DNA from: a virus
DNA: 64,000 bases
Reading direction: 5' to 3' (one strand)
Virus record (IMG/VR): IMGVR_UViG_3300042691_029560
Location: 28,714 to 92,713 of that record
The translations under genes were made by a program, and so were the position numbers. Shown here in pieces: positions 29,382 to 39,894 of this stretch. The notes below the pieces were generated by a model. That model was not told the origin of the DNA, did no database searches, and worked only from the letters and a program-made list of their open reading frames with translations. The stretch's first letter is position 1, and every line of letters begins with the position of its first letter.

Positions 29382-29729
29382 ACAAGTATTTATTTAGACC
29401 ACTTTTTAGGGCAGTCCATATGGAAATAGGTAATAAGAGCCTGAGTTGGATCGGTAGTAGTAGCACCACACCACATACAAGACCAGCTCTCTTTTTTAGA
29501 CTTCTTAGGGGACTTACGATCTGCCATTAGTTTCTCCTTTACTTTTTGGCGTTTAGGTTGTGAGCAATCCAAGATAACTTATGAGCAACGCTTACAAGCG
29601 TGCCACTAATACTTAGCAAGCGTTTAGCGATTTTCTTTTTCATTAGAACTCCTTGTGTTGTAAGTCTAGTGGATTAGGTGAGCAGTTTAGAACACTTGCT
29701 CAGGTGTTATCTCTTTCTATGAGATTGGC

Positions 29730-29960
29730 TTATGATAACTTTTCACCGAGAGCAGTTAGCAACTCGTAAGGTGAAACACGCAACTCTCGGCAAAGGGTAG
29801 CAAGCGTGTTTGACGGGATGTGTCGCTGATTGTGAAAGTATCGGCTAAGGCTAGACTTCTGTAAGCCCGTAGCGATTGCGAATTGGTTTAGGGATTGGTA
29901 GCCCTGACTTTCATACTGAGCAACGAACCACGCCCAAGTATCTACTTTTTTCTTTCCCAT
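29730..29960 (-). CDS. XRE-family HTH protein
   Basis: SLNQFAIATGLQKSSLSRYFHNQRHIP..LCRELRVSPYELL. Confidence 0.8.
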   Translation of the reverse strand: MGKKKVDTWAWFVAQYESQGYQSLNQFAIATGLQKSSLSRYFHNQRHIPSNTLATLCRELRVSPYELLTALGEKLS

Positions 29961-30091
29961 TTTGTTTCTCCTTTTCTAATCGGGAATAACTCAATCTAAC
30001 CACAACTCAAACTTATTCGCAAGTTTATTTGTATCCGTGTTTGGATCGGTTTCCAGAGATCTCCAAGCTTCGGCCGGCCATAGCCTAGACA

Positions 30092-30616
30092 CTACCAACT
30101 CGGGTTAGTAGTGTCTAGGGCTAGCAACCACTCAACAAAGTTAGGGTTGAACAGAACTAACTCGTGTCGCTTCTCACGCATTAGGTCAATCGCTTCTTGG
30201 ACTTGGTATCCGTCAAGCATTAGAACTATCGCCATAAGTAAGCCAGACCTATTTAGACCTGCTTGGCAACGGACTAGCACCTTTTCCCCAGACTTCCAAT
30301 CAGTAAAGATGTTGTAAGCGATACGCATAAATGCTTTTTCATCAAAGTCAGTATCAGCACTATCAAAGTATCCGTATCTAAACTCTTTTACTAACCAATC
30401 AACAGGGTTAGCGTGAGCATAGAAAGTATAAACGCTATCAAAGTTTCGCTTCTTGATAGAGATTAGGGGTCTATCAAACTCGCAATGCTTATCACCAACT
30501 CGGTCATCATCATCAGTTCCACCTAGCCAAAGGTTAGGCAGTATCTCACTCCAAAGTTCAGGCTTGGTGAACTTCTTAGTTTTTGCTTCGTCATAAGATT
30601 TTTCGTAGTTATTCAT
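30092..30616 (-). CDS. Dual-specificity protein phosphatase
   Basis: EILPNLWLG; CX5R P-loop VLVRCQAGLNRS. Confidence 0.85.
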   Translation of the reverse strand: MNNYEKSYDEAKTKKFTKPELWSEILPNLWLGGTDDDDRVGDKHCEFDRPLISIKKRNFDSVYTFYAHANPVDWLVKEFRYGYFDSADTDFDEKAFMRIAYNIFTDWKSGEKVLVRCQAGLNRSGLLMAIVLMLDGYQVQEAIDLMREKRHELVLFNPNFVEWLLALDTTNPSW

Positions 30617-31031
30617 TTTGTCCTTTCACTAACTACAACCTAAATACTATTTGATTTATTCCCGAGATTAGAAATAATTTTGGATCGTGTTTAGTCAAAC
30701 TCCCGAATAGATTTTGACTTGTTAGCCAAGCGTGTTCTTGCTCGCTTGCTTCGCTTATCAGCGTGAACGCCACTAGCGTTAGAGCGTGAACGCTCACGCA
30801 ACATAATCTCCAACGCCAAAGCTTCGGCATTACGCCTTGCCTTATTAGCCTTGTTCATTTTCATTCCTTTCCCGAATGGCAGACACTCTAATCCTATCAG
30901 TTAGGGCAGACATAGCAAGTGGCGTGTCGCGGCCACAGATCAACCGGCAGAGATCTCTACCGGATCTCCCGGCCGGTAGAGATAATCCCCCTGGCGAATG
31001 ATCCAGGGGGATTTTCTAAGTCGGTGGCAGA

Positions 31032-31244
31032 TTAGATGTAATCGCTAAACGCTAGCAAAGGGTCAAAGGGTTCTGGCTTTTTCTTTACTCGCATTTTCTC
31101 AACATAATCGCTGTCTTTCCATTGCTCGGCTCCACAAGACGGACAAAGTAGTTCACCCGTTCTAGTTAGCGATTGCTCCCCGTAGAAGTGTCCACAAGCA
31201 ACACAATCAAAGATGTAGATGTAGTGTTTTCTAAACCCGAACAT
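31032..31244 (-). CDS. Zn-ribbon protein
   Basis: CVACG..CPSCG; GGAAAGGAAA RBS. Confidence 0.6.
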   Translation of the reverse strand: MFGFRKHYIYIFDCVACGHFYGEQSLTRTGELLCPSCGAEQWKDSDYVEKMRVKKKPEPFDPLLAFSDYI

Positions 31245-32810
31245 TAGTTTCCTTTCCTAGTAGTTTTCGTTTAGGTATTCCATAAGTTCAGTATAACTCT
31301 TTCCAAGAGAAATCAAACTAATAAGTTGCTCATCCATAGCAAGTAAGTTTATGTCTATCAAGCTCTCACCCGAAAGCATAAGTAAGATTTTACCTACTGC
31401 TCCAATTCCCATTTCAGTTCCTTTCCAGAGAATTCCAGCAATTCGTTTTTCTGCTCATCGGTGAGCATAGCAAACGCCATACCAGCAAGATACGCATAAG
31501 CGTTATCCTCTTTATCAGTTTTACCTGTCCTGATTAGGTTGTCGATAATTTGTTTTGCTAAAGTATCCATTTGGTTCCTTTCTTATTCGTTGTCTAGTTT
31601 ATCAGGTTCATCGTAGTTATCGTGCCAGATTTCATCTGGTATCGCCCAAATAGTTTCTAACTCCATAAGTCGCTGGTTCAGCACTCTTAGGGTTTTGTTT
31701 TTTGGTTTTTCTAGCCAAGTTGGATCGTTTGTTATGTCGCTGATTACTGCCTTGTAAGCGTCTGCTAGTTCCAAGGTTGTTTCCTTTCATCCGTGTATCT
31801 AAACATTACCACATTTGATTATTTTACAAAGTTTAGATCGATCGGTGTTGATTATTTTTTTCTTTTCTTTTTATCGCCAATTGCGACAATAATATCAACT
31901 TCGTAGAAGCGTTCTACAACTTCTCTTGCTGTTTCCCAAGTAGATAGTTCGATGTAAGTTCCATTGTGCATTTCCACAAGTTCATCAGCAAGGCGTTCTA
32001 GTAGTTCATCGCTACTTAGGTGTTTTACATACTTAGCCATTAGTTAGTTTCCTTTCGGGATTAGGGGTTTCAGTTTATAGCAAACTTGCGACATTAGGCA
32101 AGATTTATTCCGGCAAGTCTGGATCAAATTTGTAAAGCTTCTTTACTCCGGATTAGTCTGCTTCTTTAGAACTCTAACTCTCCGGCTAAGTCTAAGGTTA
32201 GGTTGGAATGGAATTAGTCCGGCGGCCATCGCCAGGTACACAAGTTCGTAAAGCTTCCGTGTCTGGAACTTGTCTAGTTCAGCGATCTGTTCAGGCGTTA
32301 GTTTAGTTCTCACTCTTGCTCACTCTCGTCAATAGGAAACGCTTGTCTAAACGCTTCATCTACTTCGGGGTCAAAGAGCCACTCCAAGAAACCCCTAACA
32401 CCACTCTCGGTGTTCAGGTCAAACTTAGGGTTCAGTAGTGGGTTCTGGTCTGGGTCTGGGATTTGATTAGTCATTTACTTCCTTTCAGTAAATAGAACCA
32501 AGTTTATTTAGGATTTATTCCCGATTTGGATTTTATTTTTCAGTTGTCGCAACCTAATCCGTGTTGTCCCGTGGGTCTTACACCACTTCGGGTGCTTACA
32601 CGGAACTAAGACAAGTCGCCTTTCGCCGAATGGGTCTTTATCTTTCAGTAGTCCAAGGGCAAACAATTCGGCTTTCTCGGCATCGCCTTTTTTCTCAACA
32701 AACATAACTTTCCTTTCCAATAAAGATAACTCTATCAACCTTGGATTTATTCCCAAGTATTTCAATAAGTTTTGATCGGCCGGCCGGTGAGCTTAGCCAC
32801 GCAGATACGG

Positions 32811-32936
32811 AAACACCCCCAACCAGAAAAATAGAGAAAACTAGTTAGGGGTGTTCCTTTATAGGAAAGGAAACTACTGACTTGGTGAAACATGAAAAAC
32901 CAAGTCGGGCAAGTGAGATACTCTCGAACTTGCTTA
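32811..32936 (-). ncRNA. Candidate small RNA carrying anti-RBS sequence
   Basis: TTGCTA-N17-TAACCT promoter, several hairpins, terminator, no ORF. Confidence 0.45.
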
Positions 32937-33024
32937 TTGCTAGGTTAGCAAATAAATAACAAAATAGCAACACCAAAAGCAAAAAACCGTAGCAATTTAG
33001 CTACGGTTTTTCGCTGATTTGGAT

Positions 33025-33582
33025 CTATCCAGCAAACGCAGGTTTTTTGTTTGATACCTGATCAATGACCCTTACAAACCGGATCTGACTATTTTTGTAG
33101 TCAGATAGTGGCTGTATGATCGTCGATCTTGCTCCGTAATGAGCGTTTATGATCTTTCCATTACCAATATAGATTGCTGAGTGGTAGAAGCTATGACTGC
33201 CCTTGTAGGCAAACACAACCACATCTCCAGCTCGGGGGTTGGACACACGCTTACCAATATGCGCTTGCTTATCGGCAGAATGAGGGATTTCTAGGCCGAA
33301 CCTTTGGTAGGTCCAGCGAACTAATCCTGAGCAGTCCCAACCCCTTGGAGAAGATCCGGAGAACACATAGGGTGTTACTCCAACCTTAGTCCGTAAGTAT
33401 TTGATGACTTGCTTCATCCGGACAGTATTGCGATGAAGCTTCAACGGATCGTCAGAATACTTATTCGCAACACTATTTTTCTGATCCGAAACAACCATAG
33501 GTCTATGATCGTATCCGGACGCAGCTGATGAACATCCAACTAGCATTAGGAGCACACTAGTTATTGTGATGAACCTCTTCAT
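33025..33582 (-). CDS. NlpC/P60 cell-wall peptidase, lipoprotein-like signal
   Basis: LVGC lipobox; PYVFSGSSPRGWDCSGLV, GDVVVF, HSAIYIGNGKIINA. Confidence 0.9.
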   Translation of the reverse strand: MKRFITITSVLLMLVGCSSAASGYDHRPMVVSDQKNSVANKYSDDPLKLHRNTVRMKQVIKYLRTKVGVTPYVFSGSSPRGWDCSGLVRWTYQRFGLEIPHSADKQAHIGKRVSNPRAGDVVVFAYKGSHSFYHSAIYIGNGKIINAHYGARSTIIQPLSDYKNSQIRFVRVIDQVSNKKPAFAG

Positions 33583-34093
33583 TTGGCGACCACCTTTCCT
33601 TGCGTTAGTACAGGTCGTTTATTGTCGGGTCTCCCGTCACATTGATCCGAAAACCAATGTGTCTAAATTATAAGGGCCAATTAGATCTACAAACAACATT
33701 TTTGATCAATTTTTCCGAAAAAATAGCAAAAACCCCTGGAAAACCAGGGGTTCTTACATTGACCGGAGATTTCTACTCTGCCGGTGTGTTCTCGGCGATT
33801 TGCTCCTTGAGCCAAGCTAACGCAGCCTGCCGGCCCTTTACTCCGCGACCGAAAGTCTTGTAAGCGTCAATGTTGAGCAACCGGCCCAATGACTTCATAG
33901 CCGGTTCGCCAAAAGTCATCTTTCCGTCTGTGCTGATTTCAAACTCCAAGTTGATAACTAGGATTTCTGCCTGTAGTGAGTTCATTTGATTTCCTTTCGC
34001 CTAACTACATAAAAAGCCTACACCAAAAACTAAAAAACACAAACATAAAAACATAAATAGATCTGTTTCTATGTTTGTGTCGTTTAGTGTTTG

Positions 34094-36012
34094 TTAGATA
34101 CTCCACGCACCAAAGTCGGTATCGGCAGCGATACGCCTAGCGTTCATCCACGCACTTTCTCCATAAAAGTATGTGACTTTCTTGGTGACTTTGTTTCTAA
34201 CTTTCCAATAGTCTTGCTCGAATACCGCAGTTCCATAACTAACTTCCACTAGGTCGCTGTTATAAGCAACTGTCCATTCTTTCACTAGACTTACGCTTGG
34301 CTTAGCCATTTAGTTTCCTTTCGGTTGATTATCGATAATCTGTGTAAATAGTTTATTGACTACCCTGTCCATATGGCAAGGGTCGCATAGAAAAGATTCG
34401 CTCGGTAAAAGCTCCGTTCGGCAGTCTAAACAGGTTCGCACTATTTCAGCGCCTTTCTAGTCTTTCTTAGCGATACCAATTCCTTTACATCGCTAATGCC
34501 GATATTGTCTAAGGCAGATACAACTTTGTAAGCAATTTCTAATGACTTGTGTTCGGTTGAGATAGGGGCTAATACTTTGGTCGCAACTTTGGCAACAATC
34601 TTGGCAGTAATAATTTCGGCTAGCATTTATTTCCTTTCGTAGAATTACAGACTACATTACACCTAAGACATTTCGCAACATTTCACCAAACTAAATTGGA
34701 TCGTGTTGTAGAGATCTCTAAGCTTGGTGAGCAGATAGGCTACGGCCTATCTGTCGAAAACAGTATCTAAAAACTCTTGCTTTGTATAGACAACTTCTCG
34801 ATAGACAACATTTCCGTCGTCAGCAGAAATAATAATTGCTTCATTGTCGTCAGCGAAAAATCGGTTCTCTCCCACGCTAATACCGAAACTTAGGTTTCCG
34901 TCATAGTTAGCCCGTGTAGAAAACTCATAGAAAAGTTGAGCAGTTAGATAAGCAGGGTCGCCAATTCTATCTGTTCTCGATAAAACATCTACTACGGCAA
35001 GCACATTATCTGTTCCTGACCAGTGGCCGTAAAGGTGGATAGGTTCGATAAAGTCTTTGCTTGTTACAATAATTCTTGACCTGTCGCCCATTTGGATTTC
35101 CTTTCATTCGGGACACTAAAAGACTACACCTAACCTAAGACATTCGCAAGCGTGTCGCAAGCCGGCCGGAGCTGGATCAAAAAGTTGTCCCCCGTTAGGC
35201 GCTAACATAACGGGGGACTAATTTGGTCGTACACCTAAGCAGTTGTTGTGAACATTATTAAGTTATTTATACTTAGATGTTTGTCGCGGTTGCGACTAGA
35301 AAACTCTACCAAAAATTTTATTTATCGGCAAGCTTAGAGATCTTATGAATAAACCCCCGGTGTATTTCAACCGGGGGTTTACCAGAATTATTTATTCTGG
35401 CAATTCATCCATAACTTGAATTGTGAACAGCAACCCATTCTTCAATTCTGTTTTGGTTGGCATTCTTCCAAACTCTTCTTGGAATGTTTCAATCACTTGG
35501 TCAACAGCGTGTCCAATAATGTCTGCTGGGGTATCTCCCCAAACTCCGGTAACTTCTTCTTCAGGAACTTCCCTAAAGATAATTGAGTTTGAACCTTGCA
35601 TTCTCCAATAACCCATTTTGATTTCCTTTCGTTAGGTTATGTATAAACTCTACACCATACCCCAGACATTTCAAGTATTTATTTACAGATCTCTAAACAG
35701 CTTCGGTAAAGACTAACCCCCGATAAACTATCGGGGGTTAGGTAAGGTCTAAACAGATTAGGCGATTTGGTTCTGCCAATACTCTCTAATCTTTGCGATT
35801 TCTTTCGCTTCTGCTTCTTTCTGCTCTCTCATTTCTGCTTCGTGAGCATTACAGACAATAGTAGCCATTAGGTCAATAGCGAAAGGGCTAGCCATTTTAT
35901 CGGTAAGAATATAGTCAATCTGCTTTACCAAACTCTCGATTTCGTAAACTGCCTTTGGCTGAACTGAGTAGTGTGAAGCGATTGCCATTACTAGTTTCTC
36001 TTTTAGTTCCAT
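34094..36012 (-). CDS. Separate small cassette ORFs (34094-34309, 34441-34626, 34747-35091, 35392-35616, 35758-36012), hypothetical
   Basis: Each has a GAAAGGAAA RBS; most have their own promoter and hairpin terminator. Confidence 0.7.
35096..35170 (-). promoter_or_regulatory. Representative cassette promoter
   Basis: Sense strand GACACGC-TTGCGA-ATGTCTTAGGTTAGGTG(17)-TAGTCT...GAAAGGAAA; the same layout recurs upstream of many cassettes. Confidence 0.75.
35184..35297 (-). ncRNA. Candidate ~115-nt small RNA
   Basis: TTGCCG-N17-TAGAGT promoter, two hairpins, GC terminator, no RBS or ORF. Confidence 0.4.
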
Positions 36013-36192
36013 GCTCGGTGTTTCCTTTCCGTAGTTTCTGGCTTTCTGCCATTACCTAAATACTAGCATACCCATACGGAAACTTGTCAAGGTTTTTATA
36101 AATATTTTTTGGCGTGTCTATTGGATCAGGATCAAGTTAGCATCCGGATCAAGATCTGAACCGGCCGGTGATCCGTGAAGCTGGCCAGAAAC

Positions 36193-36412
36193 AACAAACC
36201 CCCTGCGTCTCCGCAAGGGGTTATGTAGTGAATAGGTGGATTGCGTTTTACCACCAGTGCCTAGTCAATTCGGTTCTCATAGATCCGCTTTTGAGCACAC
36301 CCGCCCTTTACCCGCTAAGGTGAACCGCTAAGTTCAGGCGTTGCCTTGTCTGACCCATTTGACGTTTCAGACTATTCAGCCATACTCCAAGTTTCCTGTC
36401 GGAACCTTGTTA
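36193..36412 (-). ncRNA. Candidate ~220-nt structured RNA
   Basis: TTGCGG-N17-TACTAT promoter, multiple stems, terminator CCCCTTGCGGAGACGCAGGGGG-TTTG, no cassette-type RBS. Confidence 0.5.
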
Positions 36413-36671
36413 TCTCAATAGTATATGAAACAGGCATTTACCGCAAATCAAGACACGCTAATTTGATAACAAATTTATAACGGATCTGCAGCCCTGATCA
36501 GCTTCGGATCTAGCCTGGTAGATCCGGCTAGGATCTCAGCTTAGGATCCAGCTCAGCTGCTCCGGAGGATCCGGCCGGCCAGGATCATTGGACAGATCTA
36601 AATTTAGCTTCCCCCCGATCCATAAAGTAAACCCCTAGTACTTTGTACTAGGGGTTACTTCGGCAGATTAC

Positions 36672-37043
36672 TTATTCGCCACGCTTACGGGACATCAACA
36701 TCCCGAGCATTCCAACCATAGCCAACCAGTCCAGTCCTTCATTGGTAAGTCCAGTTGGTTCACCTTCGGCAGTAATGCCACCAGTAAATACGATAGTTCC
36801 AGCGATAGGGTGTGGATTTTCCAAACAATCAAACGCAACAGCGTAAGCGATAGTTCCAACAGGGTTGATTGGTAAGTTGTGGATTAGTCCTTCTTCATTG
36901 ACCCACATAGTTACCATAGGGTTTAGTCTAACCATTTCCACATAGCCACCAACTTTGTCCTTCATAACTTCATACCAGTCGGTAGATAGTTGTAGTTCGG
37001 TTGGTTCTAGTTCGGTGTTTGTTACAACTGCTAAGTTACTCAT
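36672..37043 (-). CDS. DUF3846-like protein
   Basis: VGGYVEMV..MWVNEEGLIHNLPINP..IAGTIVFTG. Confidence 0.75.
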   Translation of the reverse strand: MSNLAVVTNTELEPTELQLSTDWYEVMKDKVGGYVEMVRLNPMVTMWVNEEGLIHNLPINPVGTIAYAVAFDCLENPHPIAGTIVFTGGITAEGEPTGLTNEGLDWLAMVGMLGMLMSRKRGE

Positions 37044-37798
37044 TTGATTTTCCTTTCCGTGAGTAGTTCCAGTTTATAGCACGCCAGCGACATTTGGCAA
37101 CATTTATTTTCCGTGTCGCTAACAGATCTCTAGCCTAAGCTAAGCGAGCGATTACTCGCCTAGTTCTTTTAGTTCTTTTTGTAGTTGGTCAAGTTCGCTT
37201 TTGATTGTTAGGGCGTATTCTTTGTTGGCTCGTAGCCTTGTAATAATGTTGTCCAAGTCCATAGATAACTTTGCTAACTGAGTATCATCGGTAGGGTCGA
37301 TGTTTCTAATCTGGGTAATGATACCTTCCATTAGCGACAAGATACCTACGCCATCAAGTCTAACTTTTTTGATTTTCTCATTTAGTTCTGCTAAACGCTC
37401 TTGCATTTTTTACCTTTCGTGGTTGATAACTTCATACTACTAATAACTGCCGACATTACAAGTTTATTCCCAAGATTTTCTAGAAATAATCCGGACAAAC
37501 TTTTCTCCCCGGTCATTGATCATTTCGGCCAGGTCGTAATCATCTCCGGTAAAGATTCGGCCAATTCCATCCGGGCTATAGAAATGAATGGTGCAACCGG
37601 GCAGACAATAAATAACTTCGGTGTTCCATTTCTCGTAGTCGCCGGCGTCAAGCTGGTCATCGTCTAGAACTAATGCAATGTTTGGTGATTTGTGATTATT
37701 CATAATTTCCTTTCGTCAATGAAATCTTACCAGGGCCGGCAGACATTCGGCAAGAATGAAACCCCGCCACACGATCTCTGGCGGGGTTTATTCAAACT

Positions 37799-37996
37799 TT
37801 ATTCTTCTTCTTCTTCTTCTTCTTCTTCTTCTTCTTCTTCAACTTCTTCAACTTCAATACTTTCAACGCTGTCGTATTCAAGTTGAGGGTCATCTCCGTA
37901 GTAAGAAGACCAAGCCAGTTCTTCGGCTTCGGCTTCGGTGTTGGCTTCAATTTCGCCTGAATAATTTACTTGGATTTTTACATAGAACTTTGGCAT
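37799..37996 (-). CDS. Small acidic protein with poly-Glu tail
   Basis: EIEANTEAEAEELA motif; (GAA)n run. Confidence 0.7.
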   Translation of the reverse strand: MPKFYVKIQVNYSGEIEANTEAEAEELAWSSYYGDDPQLEYDSVESIEVEEVEEEEEEEEEEEEE

Positions 37997-38589
37997 TTGC
38001 CTACTCCTTTCCCGAGTGGTTTCAGTTTAGCGTAGTTTTTTATTTTTACGCAAGTTTATTTTGAATTATTTTTTGGCGTGTCTTCCAGAGATCTTTCAGC
38101 TGCAATTAGTTACCGGGGTAACTAATTTATGATCCGCGGAGCTCCCCCGAAACTGCCTAATCACTTAGGCAGTTTATCGGTAAGCATAACTAACGCTAGG
38201 CGATACGCTTCACGCTTCATCAGTGCTTCATCTTGCTCAGGTTTGTGTTGTTCAGCGTGTTCGTCAGTTCCGTCAGTTGTCCAGTTCATTCTGCTAATAC
38301 TTTCGATAACCCATTCGGCATACTTATTGGCAACTGTGCCGATAGCCCTTGCTAAGTTGTAGGGGTTCTCAACCTTGTATACATTTTTGATAATGAGTTC
38401 AGCGTATTCTTGTGGTGTAGTGTTCATTGATTTACCTTTCCAGTATTTACCTTACACTACTAACAACCAGTTTGCTAATCTATTTATTCCCGAGATTAGA
38501 AATATTTTTTAGAGATCTCTCGAGCCCCGGCCGGTAAGTAACCCCCAGGGCAGCTAATCTCTGTGGATCAGATTTGCCCCAGAGAAAGA

Positions 38590-38758
38590 GAAATCCCCCG
38601 AGTCGCGAACTCGGGGGAAATCTTTGTACTCGCGCGAGTACCAACTCCATTGACGGCAGGGAAGTCCAGACACTCGTATTTCTATTCGACTAGCTTAACT
38701 AGTATGAGCTGGTGAATAAGAATCCATAAGCCGTTACATTTGCCGTGTGGAGTTGTTA
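38590..38758 (-). ncRNA. Candidate rod-like small RNA
   Basis: TTGACA upstream; 5'/3' closing stem CAACTCCA-CACGGCA / TGCCGT-CAA-TGGAGTTG; terminator; no ORF. Confidence 0.45.
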
Positions 38759-39015
38759 GTACTATCTAAGCATAGATTCGCGATGTTTGTCAACTTTACG
38801 GCATTTATTAGATAACACTTTTGTTACCAAATTTGATCAGCTCGTTCGGGCCCTAACGATTATTCGTTTGGATGCGAACGATTATCGTTTGGATGCGAAT
38901 GAATATTTGCAGCCAGCTCCGGAATCTTGTGGATCATAATCGGCATAAGTGGAAACCCCCAGCGTATTCACGCTGGGGGTTTTTTGGTTAGGGATTAGGG
39001 CAGACCTAACCAAAC

Positions 39016-39252
39016 CTAAGCCATAGGGCTAACGCAAGCCCATTGGACATTGATGTCGCCTTTTTCATCAACGCTCTCAAAGCAGATGTTCAGGGTTCCG
39101 TATCCACCCTTAGTCATCTTTACAACAATCTCAACCACTAACCCACTTCTGCCATTCGGCGTGATGTAGGTGTCGCCTAGCGTTGGCATAGCAACTTCGG
39201 CGAACTTGGTGCGCTCGGCGTTTAGTGGTAGTAGTGTGGTTTGTCCAGCCAT
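39016..39252 (-). CDS. Hypothetical protein, paralog of 41399-41620
   Basis: Shared LPL..R..F..V.MP.LG...PN..SG.VV..K.TK.GY..QWA..SP.A. Confidence 0.7.
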   Translation of the reverse strand: MAGQTTLLPLNAERTKFAEVAMPTLGDTYITPNGRSGLVVEIVVKMTKGGYGTLNICFESVDEKGDINVQWACVSPMA

Positions 39253-39498
39253 TTTGGTTTCCTTTCATTCGGGGACATTTCTAATCTTATAGTAGATAAC
39301 CGACAAAGCGCAAGATTTATTCCAACTATTTTATTTCGGCGTGTCGGCAAACAGATCTCTAAATAATCATTCGGGTCCGAATGATTATTATTCGTTTGGA
39401 TGCGAATGATTTCTGCCCGGCCGGTGCAGCTCGATCCACATAAAGATATCCCCTTGCTAGCCGTAACTAACAAGGGGAGTCCAGAGATCGTGTGAAGA

Positions 39499-39894
39499 CT
39501 AATAATCTTCGTCTTCGTCTTCTTCGTCTTCGTCTTCTTCATCGCACTGACCAGCGCACCATTCTTCATCGCAAATCTCGCAAGGTTCGGTTTCTCTCGC
39601 ACCTTGCTCAATTAGCGTGGTGTATCCAGCGTTCGGGTCGTCGTGGTTAGTTTCTACTGCTTGGATAAACTTCAGGGCGCAAGATTTTGCAAACCATTCT
39701 TTTAGCGTGGCAAGCATTTCATCGTGGCTCATCTCTTCGGCACTTCTAATCTCGTCGTATTCCAAGCGTCGCATTTCTTCCAACTGCTCGTCGTCCATAA
39801 GCACATAGATTTTGTGGCAAGTATCAAAGGCGATACCCTTAGCACCAACTAAACCTAAATCTACTTCGTCCCAATTGATAACTGACATTTCCAT
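39499..39894 (-). CDS. Hypothetical protein with Cys cluster and acidic tail
   Basis: IAFDTCHKIY, SCALKFI; RBS present. Confidence 0.7.
   Translation of the reverse strand: MEMSVINWDEVDLGLVGAKGIAFDTCHKIYVLMDDEQLEEMRRLEYDEIRSAEEMSHDEMLATLKEWFAKSCALKFIQAVETNHDDPNAGYTTLIEQGARETEPCEICDEEWCAGQCDEEDEDEEDEDEDY

Noticed and set aside
33583-33700. c-di-AMP (ydaO) riboswitch upstream of NlpC/P60
   Set aside because: Too short and lacks the conserved motifs.
37756-38064. Poly-Leu and poly-Ser ORFs on +
   Set aside because: Antisense read-out of the (GAA)n poly-Glu tail.
36193-38795. tRNA or tmRNA
   Set aside because: No cloverleaf, T-loop or CCA end recognised here or elsewhere in the window.
38855-38900. 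LexA SOS box
   Set aside because: Does not match TCGAAC-N4-GTTCGA spacing.
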